DNA of 63,233 bases, filler included, from Atractiella rhizophila (taxonomy: Eukaryota), in NCBI GenBank assembly GCA_021432655.1. It is 4 parts of 3 records of this genome, joined end to end, with 100 filler letters (N's around TTAATTAATTAA, not from the genome) between each part and the next. Parts side by side here need not be neighbours in the genome. Positions count along the whole stretch, not along the records: positions 1 to 12,554 come from MU271605.1; 3 more parts are not named here. The stretch is one strand, 5' to 3'. Of this stretch, positions 1 to 12,654 are shown piece after piece. The position numbers were made by a program, and so were the translations under genes. Position 1 is the first letter of the stretch; the number at the start of each line of letters is the position of its first letter. Below the pieces are notes generated by a model, which saw only the letters and a list, made by a program, of their open reading frames with translations, did not search any database and was not told where the DNA came from.

Positions 1-342
1 CAGAACGGACGAGCACACGCACGGCTAATTGCGGCTTTCCGTCATTCTCTAATCCATTCGTCGGACGGCCGGATTTCGACGCAAAGGGAATGTTTGCATC
101 GAACTCTAACCTAATCTCGGTCAACGACCAAAAGAGCAAAGTTCGACCAATGTTGATCTCAATGGTCTTGCCTTGGGCTGATATGGTGCTCATTGAGGAC
201 AAAGGGAAAGCAGTGAAGAGTTCGTGGTTTGAGGTTATATAAACCAGACTGAGAACTGTCGCGACTGTCGCTCTTGCGCGTCGAAGAAGATTTCAGCTAG
301 TGTGAATTGTGAGCGTGCGAGTGATTGTGGAAGATTCGAAAG

Positions 343-1873
343 ATGAGCACGACGCACCGTCACGCTAGCGATTTGTCGCCTGAAGAAAGGAAGAGGAAGA
401 GAGCTGCGAAGACCAATGTTTTGAAGCAGGAGAACCAGGCGTTTCTGGAGCGCAAGAAATACCTCTATTCGGTTCGCTTTACCCTTCCCTCCCAGAGTTC
501 AAATTTATGAGAACGGATCGATAGGAGTGTCAGAATGCCGTGAAGGCGATCATCAACCTCGACACCTTGCTAGAGCCTGTCTTCGAAGACGATGATCCGT
601 CATCTTGCAACGGTGGAAGTAAGACGAATGGACATGTAGATTTCAAGAAAGTTCTTCCCACCCGTCGCGCCATCGTTCCACTCTCTCCAACGCCGTTGAT
701 CTACCAAAAAGATCTCATGTTCCTCCTCGTGATCGAGAAGGAGATCAAGGTCCCAAACCTACCTCAATCTCCCTACGTAGAAGACGACGAGTACCCGGTG
801 TTCGAAGGTCTGGGGGAGGACGGAAAGGGTCTGAACGGCGTTTCGAAGGATGGGAAGAGGGCGATGGTTGCGGTCCATCGGAGCATATTCTTCGAAAGAG
901 TTAGCGATGTGCCTTGCTGGTTAGGAGAGTGGGAGGGAGAGGAAGTGGATGGGGAGGAGGGAGAGGAGATTCTAAGACTCAGGCCTGTCTGGCGAGTCTT
1001 TCTGCTTCTGTTTTCGTCTTTCGTTATGACTTTATCTGATATGATGGAACAACCAGGGACCCAATAACGAGGCTCGGGTGCGTTCTAGCATCTACACTCC
1101 TTGCTTACCGGTTTACAATCGAGTTCTTAGCTCCTATCCCATCTTCCCTTATCCTGTTCCGTCCCTCAGCGCCTTCCTTTACATCCTCCACTTCATCTAC
1201 ACAGACACCTTCCACATCCTAGCGCAACAACTCCTTCCCGAACGTCCAGAATTCGTGCCTCGTCCAGGTGAGCAATTGAGGAGCTTGCACGATGGAACGG
1301 AGAGCAGGAGCTCCACTTCTTCTTCTGGCGTTGGCCAAGAGGGTGAGAGTCAGTTTTGGAATATGTTTGACACGATAGATAAAGACGTTAGTCCCTTCTC
1401 CTCATGTTTCATCCACCTCAAGAAACATGACTGACTTTCTCCATTTATGTTTTTGCATTTGTGCTGGGTGGGATAGGTCCGACATCACTATGCTTCAGTG
1501 GTCAAAGAGTTCCTGTGGACAGCTAGGTTCTTAACCATTCGGTCCAACAAACTCTGGACCACACTCACCCTCGCCTGGAAGCTCCTTGCGTCTGTGCTTC
1601 CCTCCTATTCTCTCTCCCCAATAACTGATCTTGCGGCCATCGTGTAGACACAACCTCGACGAAGAGGATTTCCAGAATGAGTTCTGGCGGTCTCCCCCTT
1701 CGATGGGCAGGACTTCTTCCTCGGGAAGAGGATATGAGCTCGACGGTTGGTTGGTCGATTTAGAGAGGAGGGTAGATGTGCTCACTCTCGAGAAGAAGAG
1801 AGGCAAGGCGGAGTATCTGAAATCTCAAGTTGCCTCCCAAAAAGCAGGAACAGGGAACAGGAGGGCCAATTGA
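343..1873 (+). CDS. Hypothetical multi-exon protein
   Basis: Successive + strand ORF pieces (MSTTHRH...YLYS; AIINLDTLL...; SYPIFPYPVPSLSAFLYILHF...; NLDEEDFQNEFW...RRAN*) separated by short GT..AG segments. No family recognised. Confidence 0.55.
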
Positions 1874-1971
1874 ATGATTTCCTTCGCTTGAAAGAACAGG
1901 TTTATTTGAATTGCAGCTCAAAAGGCATATAATCAATACGAATTGTAATTTTTCTTCATTCCCCAATCACC

Positions 1972-4162
1972 TCATGACGAAACACGACGGTTACGCATCA
2001 CCCATAGGCAGTCCCTCTTCCCTATCCGTACCGGCCACGGATTCTCCTCGCTGCTCCCAAACTGCAATCCATCAAAACAATCCACCCGCTCCACAATGTC
2101 AAAAGAAGCCTTGTGGAAGGCAGGTGTAGAAGTGATCAAATAATCGAACTTCTCAAATTCCTTTGCGTCCGACAAATCCTCCGATCTATCAAACTCCCAG
2201 CCCTGAGAACCTTGAGAACTGTTGAAACGTTGGTACGACGGAATGGATAGTGGAAGTTCGAGAGGAGACGAAGTCGGCATGTAGATCCACCGTACGGGTT
2301 CGGAGAGAACGAATAAGGAGGCACCGGTTTGGGTGGCGTAGGAATCGAGGTGTACGGATTTAGGCTGGCTGGTCAATGTTGCTGGAGGGGACGGCAGCGT
2401 GTGGAGCAGCTGGACTGCGACTCCGCCAGGGTAGTTAGAAAGAGATGAGGAGAGTGAGAGCGTCGTGGCCGCTAGTGTGGAGAGGAGGAGGAGGGGGTAT
2501 ATAGTCCGACGGAGCGTGGGAGAGAGCTTCGAAAGCGCGTAGCTGGAGCAGAGGTTAGTTGGTACGACGGAATGGATAGTGGAAGGTCGAGAGGAGACGA
2601 AGTCGGCATGTAGATCCACCGTACGGGTTCGGAGAGAACGAATAAGGAGGCACCGGTTTGGGTGGCGTAGGAATCGAGATGTACGGATTTAGGCTTGCTG
2701 GTCAATGTTGCTGGAGGGGACGGCAGCGTGTGGAGCAGCTGGACTGCGACTCCGCCAGGGTAGTTAGAAAGAGATGAGGAGAGTGAGAGCGTCGTGGCCG
2801 CTAGTGTGGAGAGGAGGAGGAGGGGGTATATAGTCCGACGGAGCGTGGGAGAGAGCTTCGAAAGCGCGTAGCTGGAGCAGAGGTTGAAAGTTGGGATACC
2901 TGGTAAACATGGATCAAACTCCTGAGAATGAGGGAGGGATGAGGACGAACAGTAGATTATGAATCTCCATTCTTTGTGTTGCAACGAAGACAATAATGCG
3001 ATGGAGGCGAAGAGGGGGAACACAAGCTTTTTGCTTCTACTGTAGATGGTGGAGAGTACGAGGAAGGGATAGGAAGTTGTAAGCAATTTCGGGAGGGAGT
3101 TCGTAAAGTAATAATGCCATGGTGAGACCTGTGCCTGCTCCATCAGATGGGCTAGAAAGGAAATCAATGTTGCTTACACCCCAAGCGATGCTCTTTCCCT
3201 CTACAATGTTGAAATAAGCAGCCTGGAACTCCGGCCACACGGGCGTGTTCCAAAAGTACGAATCGGCGAAGAAGCTCAGAACTATGCCTGCGTCAGGGAT
3301 CCATGCCATTCAAACAGATGTCACACACCAGCACCAGCGATACCAGCAGGAACGACAGCAGCCAGAACCTCCAAGAGGTTGAGGTGCTCATATGCGAGAA
3401 AGTAGAGGGACAGAGGCGCAATGAGCGTCACGAGTTCCAATCGAAGGACAGCAGCGATGAAAGCGAGAATCATTAGTGCAGCTTCAATTTTTGCTTTCCC
3501 TTTCTTTGTCGTTGGGTTGCTCCTAAGCGGCAAAGCGAGGGCGATTTGTACTGTCCCCAGTCGACCGTCAAGTCAAAGAGTTGTGCGGGGAGAAAATGTA
3601 CCAGGTGCAAATGCTAGCATGTTTGGAAGCGTTCTGCCGGCGTAGAAGGGGAGATGAAATTGTACGATGGTTAGACCTAGAGCCATGGAAGAGGCGGATC
3701 TCCCAAAGATGCGTCTAGCGGAACGGTAGAGGAAGATGGTTGAGAGTCCGTTGGCGACTGCGAGTACACTCCTCACTTCAAAAAGTCCTTTGGTCAATGC
3801 TACTGTGTTGATGGCGGAAAGGGACCAACCAAGGATCTGGAGTTCAAAATGACTCTCCAACACCCGGTTAAGCTTGGCGACGAGGATGAGTGGAGAAGTG
3901 ATGAACGCAAGTGCGAGTGAACCGATGAAGGATCTTGGTACGACACCAGGGAAAGTGTGATGATCATACTATGCCATTCTTCATCAGAACACTGAGAATC
4001 AGTCGCAATCACAAGACAAACCTGAGAACGCCCCGCATAGATGCCATAGGTGAGAATGTCGTGTGTTGCGTGCAAATTGAAGGACTCTTCGACTTTTGTG
4101 AACGGGCAAACGACGACGTGTCCAACCAGGACGGCCAGGAGCAGAAGTTCTAACGCTTTCAT
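1972..4162 (-). CDS. ALG12: Dol-P-Man alpha-1,6-mannosyltransferase (GT22, ALG12), multi-exon; 3' part disrupted by a 328-bp tandem duplication
   Basis: Motifs [36 protein letters not shown]...[44 protein letters not shown]; many hydrophobic segments. Confidence 0.9.
2229..2885. repeat. 328-bp near-identical tandem duplication (2229-2556 / 2558-2885) with a single A spacer
   Basis: Both copies run gttggtacgacgg...ggagcagaggtt; three substitutions seen; period 329 causes a frameshift in ALG12. Confidence 0.95.
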
Positions 4163-4416
4163 GCTAGCTTTGATGACCCAAGTCAAGACGAGAAAAATAA
4201 AAATTTAGCCCCAAAGAACACGAAGCATGCAGGTGGTGGAAGCTGGGCCGGGAAGGGGACGCGGCAACCTGGGGTCGGCTTCGCGCCCAACAAATGATAT
4301 TCAGGCCAACACTTCCACTTCCAACAATTAATATTTCGAGCAGAGCAGTTTCCTCGCTCCAGAGTGCTAGATAGCTCATAGCAGCATAGCGAATAGCTGT
4401 CTGTTAGGTCTTTACA

Positions 4417-6510
4417 ATGGCGGAAATGCGGCGGCGACGAATATCAGTCGACAACACTGGTTCTCACAATATCCATTCTAGAACGACGGTGTCTGAGGAA
4501 GACTCTCCCGTGAACTTAGCACTCGCTTACCTTAGAAAGAAGCTGCCTGCTATCACTAGCTTGGTCATTGGGGTTTGCGTGGGACTTTTCTTTGCTTCTG
4601 CCTTCTCAGGAGGTTCAAATAGCGTACGTCCTTTCATCGGCATTCTGGAAGCAAGGGTCTAAGAGCCGCTTCTTCTCTTAAATTTGACTTTGTGACAATG
4701 TGCAGGATGATGCCTCACGGTGGTCTTCTTCCTTCTCTTCGACCTCGAACTGGGTCTCCCCTGCCACCTTCCGAGGCTCCTCAAACGCACACCATCGCTT
4801 TACCCCCACTCCTCCGACGCTGGACCAGCGTTTTCGCGTCTTCGAGATTCTCGCCACTCTCACTGGATACCACACCCGCCAGTGCACTCGTTTTGCTCAA
4901 AAACCGTATCGTCGACAGGTGTACGAGCGCTACGAACCTCTGGTTGGGTATGAGAGGAAGAGGCATCGGAAGGGACTGAGTGGTTACCTTCACCTGCCGA
5001 ATTTGGGGAAGCGTGGCTTCTTCGGTAGCTCGTATGGCGAAGAAGAAAGGCACGAACAAGAGGTGGAGAGAATATTTTTCTCTTCGGATAGAGATAGGAA
5101 CGATCGGAATCGAGCCCTAGCGAGGAAGGGCGGTTATGAAGATCACAAGTATTTTTTCGCCATAAATCTTTACAACTCCTTCGACATCATCCCCGATCTC
5201 TTCTCCAATATGTTCAAAGTTTCGTCTATCCTTGGATTATATTTTTTCGCCATAAATCTTTACAACTCCTTCGACATCATCCCCGATCTCTTCTCCAATA
5301 TGTTCAAAGTTTCGTCTATCCTTGGATTTCAAAATGTCTTCGTCTCCGTCTACGAGAATGGTTCGACGGACCAAACGAAGGCATTGCTAAGGCTATTCGA
5401 CGCGCTGGCGCGTTCTGTTGGTCTTAGGGTGGTCATTCGCACCTCTTTGAGGACCAGAGGCGCTTTCCATCATCGAATTGAGTATCTTGCCGAAGTCAGG
5501 AACGCTGCTTTGGCACCATTGCATGAGCTGCGAGAGGCGGAAGGAGAGGTCTTCGACTCCGTCATCTTCATGAACGACGTCCTGCCCTGCGTGGACGATC
5601 TCCTCGAACTTGTTTGGCAGAGCAGGAGGCAGAATGCAGGCATTACTTGTGGTAGTGATTACATCTTCCATGAGGAAATGGGCCAACCAGTGTTCTATGA
5701 TAACGTACGTCCCTCCTTTTTACTCTCCCCTCACGGAAAGAGAAGGCTAAGAAAGGATATCACAGTGGGTAGCCCGCGACATGAATGGGACAGCGCTTGA
5801 GAATGCTCCGTTCGAGTCTGTATTCAGGGATCAAGGCTCATCTCACCGCTTCCAGCGCCATTTACCTATCCAAGTCCAATCTTGCTGGAACGGAATTGCT
5901 GTCCTCGATTCGGCTCCCATTTATGCCCATCCTCACGTCAAGTTCCGAATGGCCAAATTGAGCGAAGGCGAATGTTCTGCATCGGAATGTTCTCTCATTT
6001 GTAATGACTATTGGCAAGCCGGATATGGGAGGATCATCATGATTAGTCGCGTCAAACTCGCATACGATAAAGTAAGCCCCCTCATTCCTTCGTCAGCCGA
6101 ATGAATACTCTTGCTCATGGGTAGGGGCACAATAGCAAGTATACGACATCATCCATCCGGAACGACGAAACCTTACCCTCGTGCGCGGTTATCAACGCTT
6201 AGGAGGCCATCCAGACGACCCAAATTCAGATCCGCAAGACCGCTCTTGGTTCGGACCTCACGACAGGCTCTTCAGACAGGAGGAGAGTGAGGAACTGGAG
6301 TGGCAAGGCCAGCCGTCTCATGTTTGGTGTTGGGGTTGGGATGGTGCGGGTGATATCGAAGGTACGTACCATTTTCACGTTTTACTTGTGGATTATGATG
6401 TTGTGTGATGCTAAACAGGCCCGGACGTTGAGCCCATCTGGGAACCGTTCCCCAATGCTACAATGGATCCGTTGGCAGTTCGTCATGAGCGCAGCTTCGA
6501 CTTCCTCTGA
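4417..6510 (+). CDS. CAP59: CAP59/CMT1-like alpha-1,3-mannosyltransferase (GT69), type II membrane protein, multi-exon
   Basis: N-terminal TM segment; YFFAINLYNS, FVSVYENGSTDQTK, RIEYLAEVRNAAL, VIFMNDV, QVQSCWNG, CSASECSLICNDY motifs; ends RHERSFDFL*. Confidence 0.85.
5150..5328. repeat. Exact 89-bp tandem duplication with a single A spacer (in-frame 30-aa repeat)
   Basis: 5150-5238 equals 5240-5328; YFFAINLYNSFDIIPDLFSNMFKVSSILG is encoded twice. Confidence 0.95.
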
Positions 6511-7146
6511 TTTTATCAACATTCCTCATGCGACAGCATCCGGCGTCGCCTCTGGTCGGGAATATTGACTCGATAATTGATGATTTAGGAACCAAAAGAG
6601 AACGTTCGTTCTCGCCCTAAATATCTATTGCGAAATTTGTTACCTCGTTCTTTCAGAAGCTGTGGTCCTCATTGGTTATTCAGCTCATTAATGTTGTGTT
6701 AAAGTCGCTTTATTCTTCGACATCTTTCCAGCTTTCAGCATGATAGAAGGCAGTAATCGTTCTTTGTCTTTCGTTCTTCATCTATGCTGGAGTCTAGATC
6801 GCAAATGGGTGTGTTGAGGTGAAATGGGATAAATGCTGAACGCACAGATTCTGACTAGTTTCACTATTTCAGTAACGCACGCAGAGTCGAATCGTAATTG
6901 AATTGCTCCAATTGCTCCCAGCTAGCAATGTTTTGTTCATTGGTCCATCAGACTCTTGCACCAAAGAAAAAGCGTATAAAAAAGGTTAGCTCATTGTTCG
7001 GTTCCGTCGGCAAGAGTAACAACCAAGATCAACACGTCTACTTTGCTTCCCCATATCTACCTATAATTCCAATATACTTACCCCTTGTGAGTCCACGGAG
7101 TGTGTGCCCTAGCCTCTAGTTCTGACTTTATTTTACTTGCAGAAAC

Positions 7147-8503
7147 ATGATGGTCCGCCCTTCACTTGCACGCACTTTCAGCACTACCCACCGCATCCTT
7201 CGTCCCCATTCCATTCCGCCCTTCGTACCCCCAACCCCCTTTCCACGGGACCTCCTCACCCTCGCGGACCTCACCGTACCACAAATCCAGTCGCTTATTG
7301 TCACCGCAGTCAACTACAAGAAGAAGTTTGGAGCTGGAACCCACGTTTCCACGTCACTCTTGGGACCCACTCAGGACAAGGCGTTGGATGGGAAAACAAT
7401 CAGTTTGCTCTTTTCCAAGAGGAGTACAAGGACGAGGGTGGCCAGTGAGAGCGCTACTGCACTGCTTGGTAAGTTCTTCCTTCCTAACCCACTCCCACTT
7501 TCCCAAACCTTGAACCAATTGTGTTGCGAACATCGGCTGATTTCATGCGGCGAACTTGTAACAGGAGGACACGCCATGTTTCTTGGAGCGTCTGACATCC
7601 AGCTAGGCGAGAACGAGACGCTCCCCGACACCTCCGTCGTCATATCCAGCATGACAGACGGGATCATGGCTCGCGTAGGCGACCACAGCGAAATTTTGAC
7701 GATTTCAAAACACTCATCGAAGCCAGTGGTCAACGCCCTCTCCTCTCTCTACCACCCGACCCAAATACTCGCCGACCTTCAAACGCTCCTCGAGACTCTC
7801 GGTCCCTTCTCACCATACCTCGCTAGTCTTAGTGGAAGGACGGTAGCGTGGATCGGAGATGCCAATAACATTTTGAACGAGATGCTCGTCACTCTCCCTC
7901 GGTTAGGTATCAACTTGAATGTGGCGACGCCGAAGGGGTATGAGGTTGATGGACAGGTTATTGGGACGATGGAGCATGGAATGACGGAGGACGGCGCAGG
8001 CAAGGGGAACGTCCTGTTTACACATTCGCCTGAGCAGGCAGTCAGAGGTGCCGATGTCGTCGTTACTGATACCTGGTACGCCCTCCCCCTGTTGAATCGA
8101 ATTAATCCTGACGCTTCATGTTGAGGATTTCGATGGGCCAAGAGACGGAAAAAGAACAACGACTCAAAGACTTCGCTGGGTACCAGGTGACTGAAGAACT
8201 TTGTCAGGCTGGCGGAGCCAAACACGACTGGAAGGTCAGTTTCTCCCCTCGTGTCCTAGCCGCCTTTCTTAACTTCTTCTAACAGTTCATGCATTGCCTC
8301 CCCCGAAAACCAAATGAGGTTGATGACGCCGTTTTTTATGGCAAGCGGAGTTTGGTGTTCCAGGAAGCTGAGAACAGGAAATGGACGATCATGGTCTGTC
8401 TCCTCTCCCTTTTCTCTCTCCCACCTTTCCCAAAGGACGACCTAACTCGAGTTGCTGTGTACGACAGAGCGTATTCCGTCACTTCTTCGGTGCACGAGAG
8501 TAA
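7147..8503 (+). CDS. ARG3: Ornithine carbamoyltransferase with mitochondrial-type presequence, multi-exon
   Basis: FSKRSTRTR carbamoyl-phosphate motif, [38 protein letters not shown]. Confidence 0.95.
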
Positions 8504-8978
8504 ATGCGCTCATTGAAGTCAAAAGTATTCGTGCGTTCTTACTCACCCGTTTCATTTCCTCATGCTCAAAAAGACTGCAGGTCTAGCATATTAAGGGCAC
8601 ATAATTCGACAAAGTATCCGTTCCACATGCTCCATTTATTACTTCATCTCAAGCTGCTTAAAAGTAGCCCGCTCGTTGCTTAGCAATTTATCTCTTTGTT
8701 GGAGAGTCACCCGAGCCAGAGCTGCAGCAATCAATACTAAAGGCAAATTGAGACAATTTCGAGCATAAATGCTTGGTAATTTGATTTCATGACAACTTGG
8801 ATTCATGGAACCTATGTGAGTGAAGAGGTCCCATCAAACTAGAAGAGAATTTGAAGAGGAAAGAAAGAAGTGGATGTGGTTGCGGTTTGCGAATTGAAGC
8901 TTCGGGGACTGACGAAAAGAAAGCAAAGCTACATCAAGAAAAAAGGTGAATCGTGCATCCAAGAAGATGCTTTTGGAA

Positions 8979-11038
8979 CTACGCTTCCGTCGTCCCTCTT
9001 CCTCCTCTGTAACCTATTCCTCAAACATCAAATCTGTTCCTACTCGAGATTGGAAAATGAGACGTACCCCTTCCTCCTCTCCCGCCCCTGAACTCTCCGC
9101 GTCCTCCAAAGTCTCCGCTTCCCCTGCGAAAGCCTCTGTCGTATCCCCCTCTCCCCCTTCCTCCTCTGAATTCACCATCAAACCCGCCTTCACCGTCCGC
9201 TCTCCCCCTTCCTCGTCCACGTCCGTCACCTCTTCCCCTCCACTCACCCCTTCCCCTTCCCTCTCCTGGTCCTCCCCTCCATCCGCCACCCCTAGATCCA
9301 CGGTATCCCGCCCTTCCGCCACGTCCCTGGGCCTGCTGGAATCCGTCCTCATCCACATTCGAAGCCGCTTTTGGCTGGCTCCCATCCAATCCTCCAAGGT
9401 CTGGCAGACCAGCCTCCGCATCCTGACTCCAGCTCAAATTATCCACGTTCGCTGCACCAGGAGCGCCCCACCCATTCGTAGCCGGCGAAGCAGTCTCAGG
9501 TTCATCTCCCCACCCACTGGGCGAAGCAGTGCCTTCTGTGGCGGCGGGAGGGACGGGAGAGTCGGACCATGCGCTCTCCGCCTCTTGAGCTTGAATCGCT
9601 GGCTCTGCGGCTGCGACTTGTGCGGAGGCGGAGGCGGAGGAGTCGGGGAAGAGGGAAGAGGAATCTGGGATGCCTGGAGTCTCGTTCGTCCATGCAGTCG
9701 CGACGGCGGTAGAATCGGCAGGTGCCTCAAGCTCGGATGCTTGCATAAATGAGAGCCCAGTAGGAGCGTCACTGCCCTCGGCGGCGGCGGGTTGCTCCTC
9801 GTCTTCGGTATCGGGATCTGGTCGTAGTTGAGCGCCAGCACCGCTGTCCGCCACGTCAGCCTCATCTTCGACTGGAGGCGACATCATGAGAACAATCATT
9901 TCCTTCATTCGCGCGTCTTTTAACCCAAATCAATTAACCTTTGCGACAACAGCAGCATATATGGAAGGAGACGTACAAGTAACATTTTCGGTGACATCGA
10001 CGTCGCTTCCACTTTGTAGAAGGGAGACTTTGGAAATAGCGGCGTCGTCAGCGCCGGTGAGTGGCCCATTGACAAAGGTATCGTGAAGTGCTTCAACCGC
10101 AGCCTTTTCGTCACCGGTGGCTTTGAGGACAACAGGAGGGACAACGGAGGCGTCGGATTGTTGGTGGAAAAGGGCGTGAAGGTGAAGGAATTGGAGAAGA
10201 AGAGAAAGGTCGGCGTTGGCGGATTTCTATGATCAGAATCAACACGCTCCCTCATGTAAGGAATCAAAAAGCACCTTGGTAGCTTCGACAGCTGCTTTTA
10301 CACGGGCTTGTACTCGAACCTCTTCTTCCTCCTTGATCTGCCTTATCCGTTCCTCCTCCTCCTCTTCCTCTTTCTGCAGGTACAATATGTCAACAAGTTG
10401 TTCATTAGACAGACAAAGTCAACGTACCTCTAGAACACCCAGTAGCTCTTGAAGTTCCTTCATAGTAGCTTCCAGGGCAGGCTTGGTGGTGATCGCTTTC
10501 TTTTGGTCGGCATTAAGAGGTTCTGTGGAGGCTTCGTAACCGGTAATTCGTTGCTATCAGGCGTGGTCAATCAGCATCAACGTTTGAAAGACAGTAGTAG
10601 AGAATACTGCTGGTCAAAGCACCAACACAGACGCCGCATGCAATGACCCACGGAAGCGGAAGACGAACTCACAATTTTCTTCGTCAGCGCCTTGATTCGC
10701 TTGTTCACAGTATTGACAGCGCTCGTTTTCTTCGCTCCGGCATCCTTTTCCTCCGCCTTGTCCTGAGTAGTCGTTTCCTTGTGACTTTCTTTTCCATTAG
10801 CCAATCCCAGTCCCAATCCTGCAGTTTCCTCCTCCTTCGCGGCACCATTCACCTTGTCCCCTCCATCTAAAGACTCGATGGATTCACCAGGGGCGAGGAT
10901 TACGGAGTCACGGAGACCGGTACCCTTCTTTTTGCTTCGAGTTCTGGCTGACTTGGAGGGCACCGCTTTCTGTGCAGCTCCAGGGATTATTCGTGGGGCG
11001 GCGGGGGCAGGAGCAGCGGTGGTAGGCGCGGTAGACAT
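8979..11038 (-). CDS. Coiled-coil protein with acidic linker and C-terminal RGG/RG-rich tail (caprin-like organisation), multi-exon
   Basis: VNKRIKALTKKI and LNADQKKAI..KPALEATMKEL helical segment; long GRGGRAGYRGSRGG...RGGRGG tail; last exon GYRGGRGTTEA*. Confidence 0.65.
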
Positions 11039-11946
11039 ACTGATTGTTTGTGGGGTGTTCTGGGGGATGACGCGTTATGAGGATAATTTGGAGTTTTGTG
11101 GTGGTTATGTGGCTTTGAGAATCCTTCAACAAATTTTTCTGACGATCCAGACACTAAGGTTCGCATTTCATCTTTCATCCTTCTCTTCTGCGCGTGCCGA
11201 GGAGAAGTTAGGCTATCCAGCCAAGTTCCCACTCGAGGGAGAGCTAGGAGAGTCGGATTTTTCATGGAAGAATCATTATCGCACCCACAAAAATAGCTGG
11301 GCTCGAGCGAGCCCGCATTCAGTTTGGCAGGGGAACAGCGGCTCCGCTTTTCGTGCACGATATAAAGCCTGTCGCGGGTTCGCTAGCTTGCTTCAAGTTG
11401 TTTCTTTCTTCGAGCTCAGGCTCTCGACGTTCAACTTTCTCAACCACCATGTTTTTGCCTAATTTTGACGGTTTGTTGGGGAGCGTTGTGTCAGGCAGAA
11501 ATCTGTGCGTCCGGTTCTGCTGTAGGAGAAGTGGTGGAAGTGCAGCTTCTTCGAATATTGAGCTGCATTACATGATGTCTCGCTTCCTTTTTTTGGAAGC
11601 CAGAAACTTGGTACATATTAGGAGATGACACTCCTGCGAGTAAATGACTGTGGATTCACATGATACTTTACTTCTACGGGCAAGTTTCAGGGATGTTCAC
11701 AGGCCAGCGAAGACTTCCCATTCGTATGAGACTTGTCTCCTTCTCCTTCGAAATTAACAGGAGAAACAAGAGCGCATACCACCTTTGTCCCTCCAAAATA
11801 GCAAGGCGGTGTGAAAGCTTGTGTCTCGTAAAGTATTGGGCTCATCGAAGAAATATATTGATAATATCATAATACACCTTCGGATGGCAGAAGGCTTTTG
11901 ATTCTTTATGATGCGGCAAAGTAGACTGCCTAACTCGGCTGTGCTA

Positions 11947-12554
11947 ATGTGTCCATCCAGGGCAATACTTTCAGCCCTTACGTTTGCTGTATACCTCCTC
12001 CTCAGACTCGGTATTGTGATTCGTATACGCTTTTCAAGCTTGAATGGAATTCTTGGTCCACCTTCCGCCGACTGGATCTGGGGCAACATGCGCGAGATCG
12101 TTAGTTCGCCGCCAGGGTCAGCCCATGTCAAGGTATGCCCTTCACTACTCTCCCTCTTTTTTCTATCTCACTGTGCTGCTTGAAGTGGGGAAATAAATAC
12201 GGAAACGTTGTTCGGTTCCATGGCTTATTCGGCGTAGGTTCCTCTTTCCATAGCACACTGACTGGTGTCTATAATTCTCGAATACTTTTATGTAGTCAAC
12301 GAGGCTCCTCATCATGGATCCAGTTGCTTTGCATTACATTCTCGTATCTAACTGCTACGACTATCCGAAGCCCGCCGACTTGAGGGGAAACTTGAAGAGC
12401 ATTCTGGGGAACGGCATCCTCTTTGCAGAGGGTATGTTTCGTTTCATTGGCGTTTCAGGGTAGTTTAGCTTACTAAAAAGGCGACAGGTGAGGATCATAA
12501 AAGGCAGAGAAGGATCATGACACCTGCGTTCAATGCTGACTACGTGAAAGAGCT
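11947..12554 (+). CDS. Cytochrome P450, 5' fragment truncated by contig gap
   Basis: TM anchor then GPPSADWIWGNMREI, W..KYG.V.RFHG, MDPVALHYIL, YPKP, GILFAEG, HKRQRRIMTPAF; intron positions match the P450 at 20675. Start codon uncertain. Confidence 0.85.
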
Positions 12555-12654
12555 NNNNNNNNNNNNNNNNNNNNNNNNNNNNNNNNNNNNNNNNNNNNTT
12601 AATTAATTAANNNNNNNNNNNNNNNNNNNNNNNNNNNNNNNNNNNNNNNNNNNN
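12555..12654. other. Artificial contig spacer (44N-TTAATTAATTAA-44N)
   Basis: Stop codons in all six frames; genes on both sides are cut mid-CDS. Confidence 0.97.

Noticed and set aside
8946..9752. 268-aa Ser/Pro-rich + strand ORF
   Set aside because: Antisense shadow of the RGG-coding exon.
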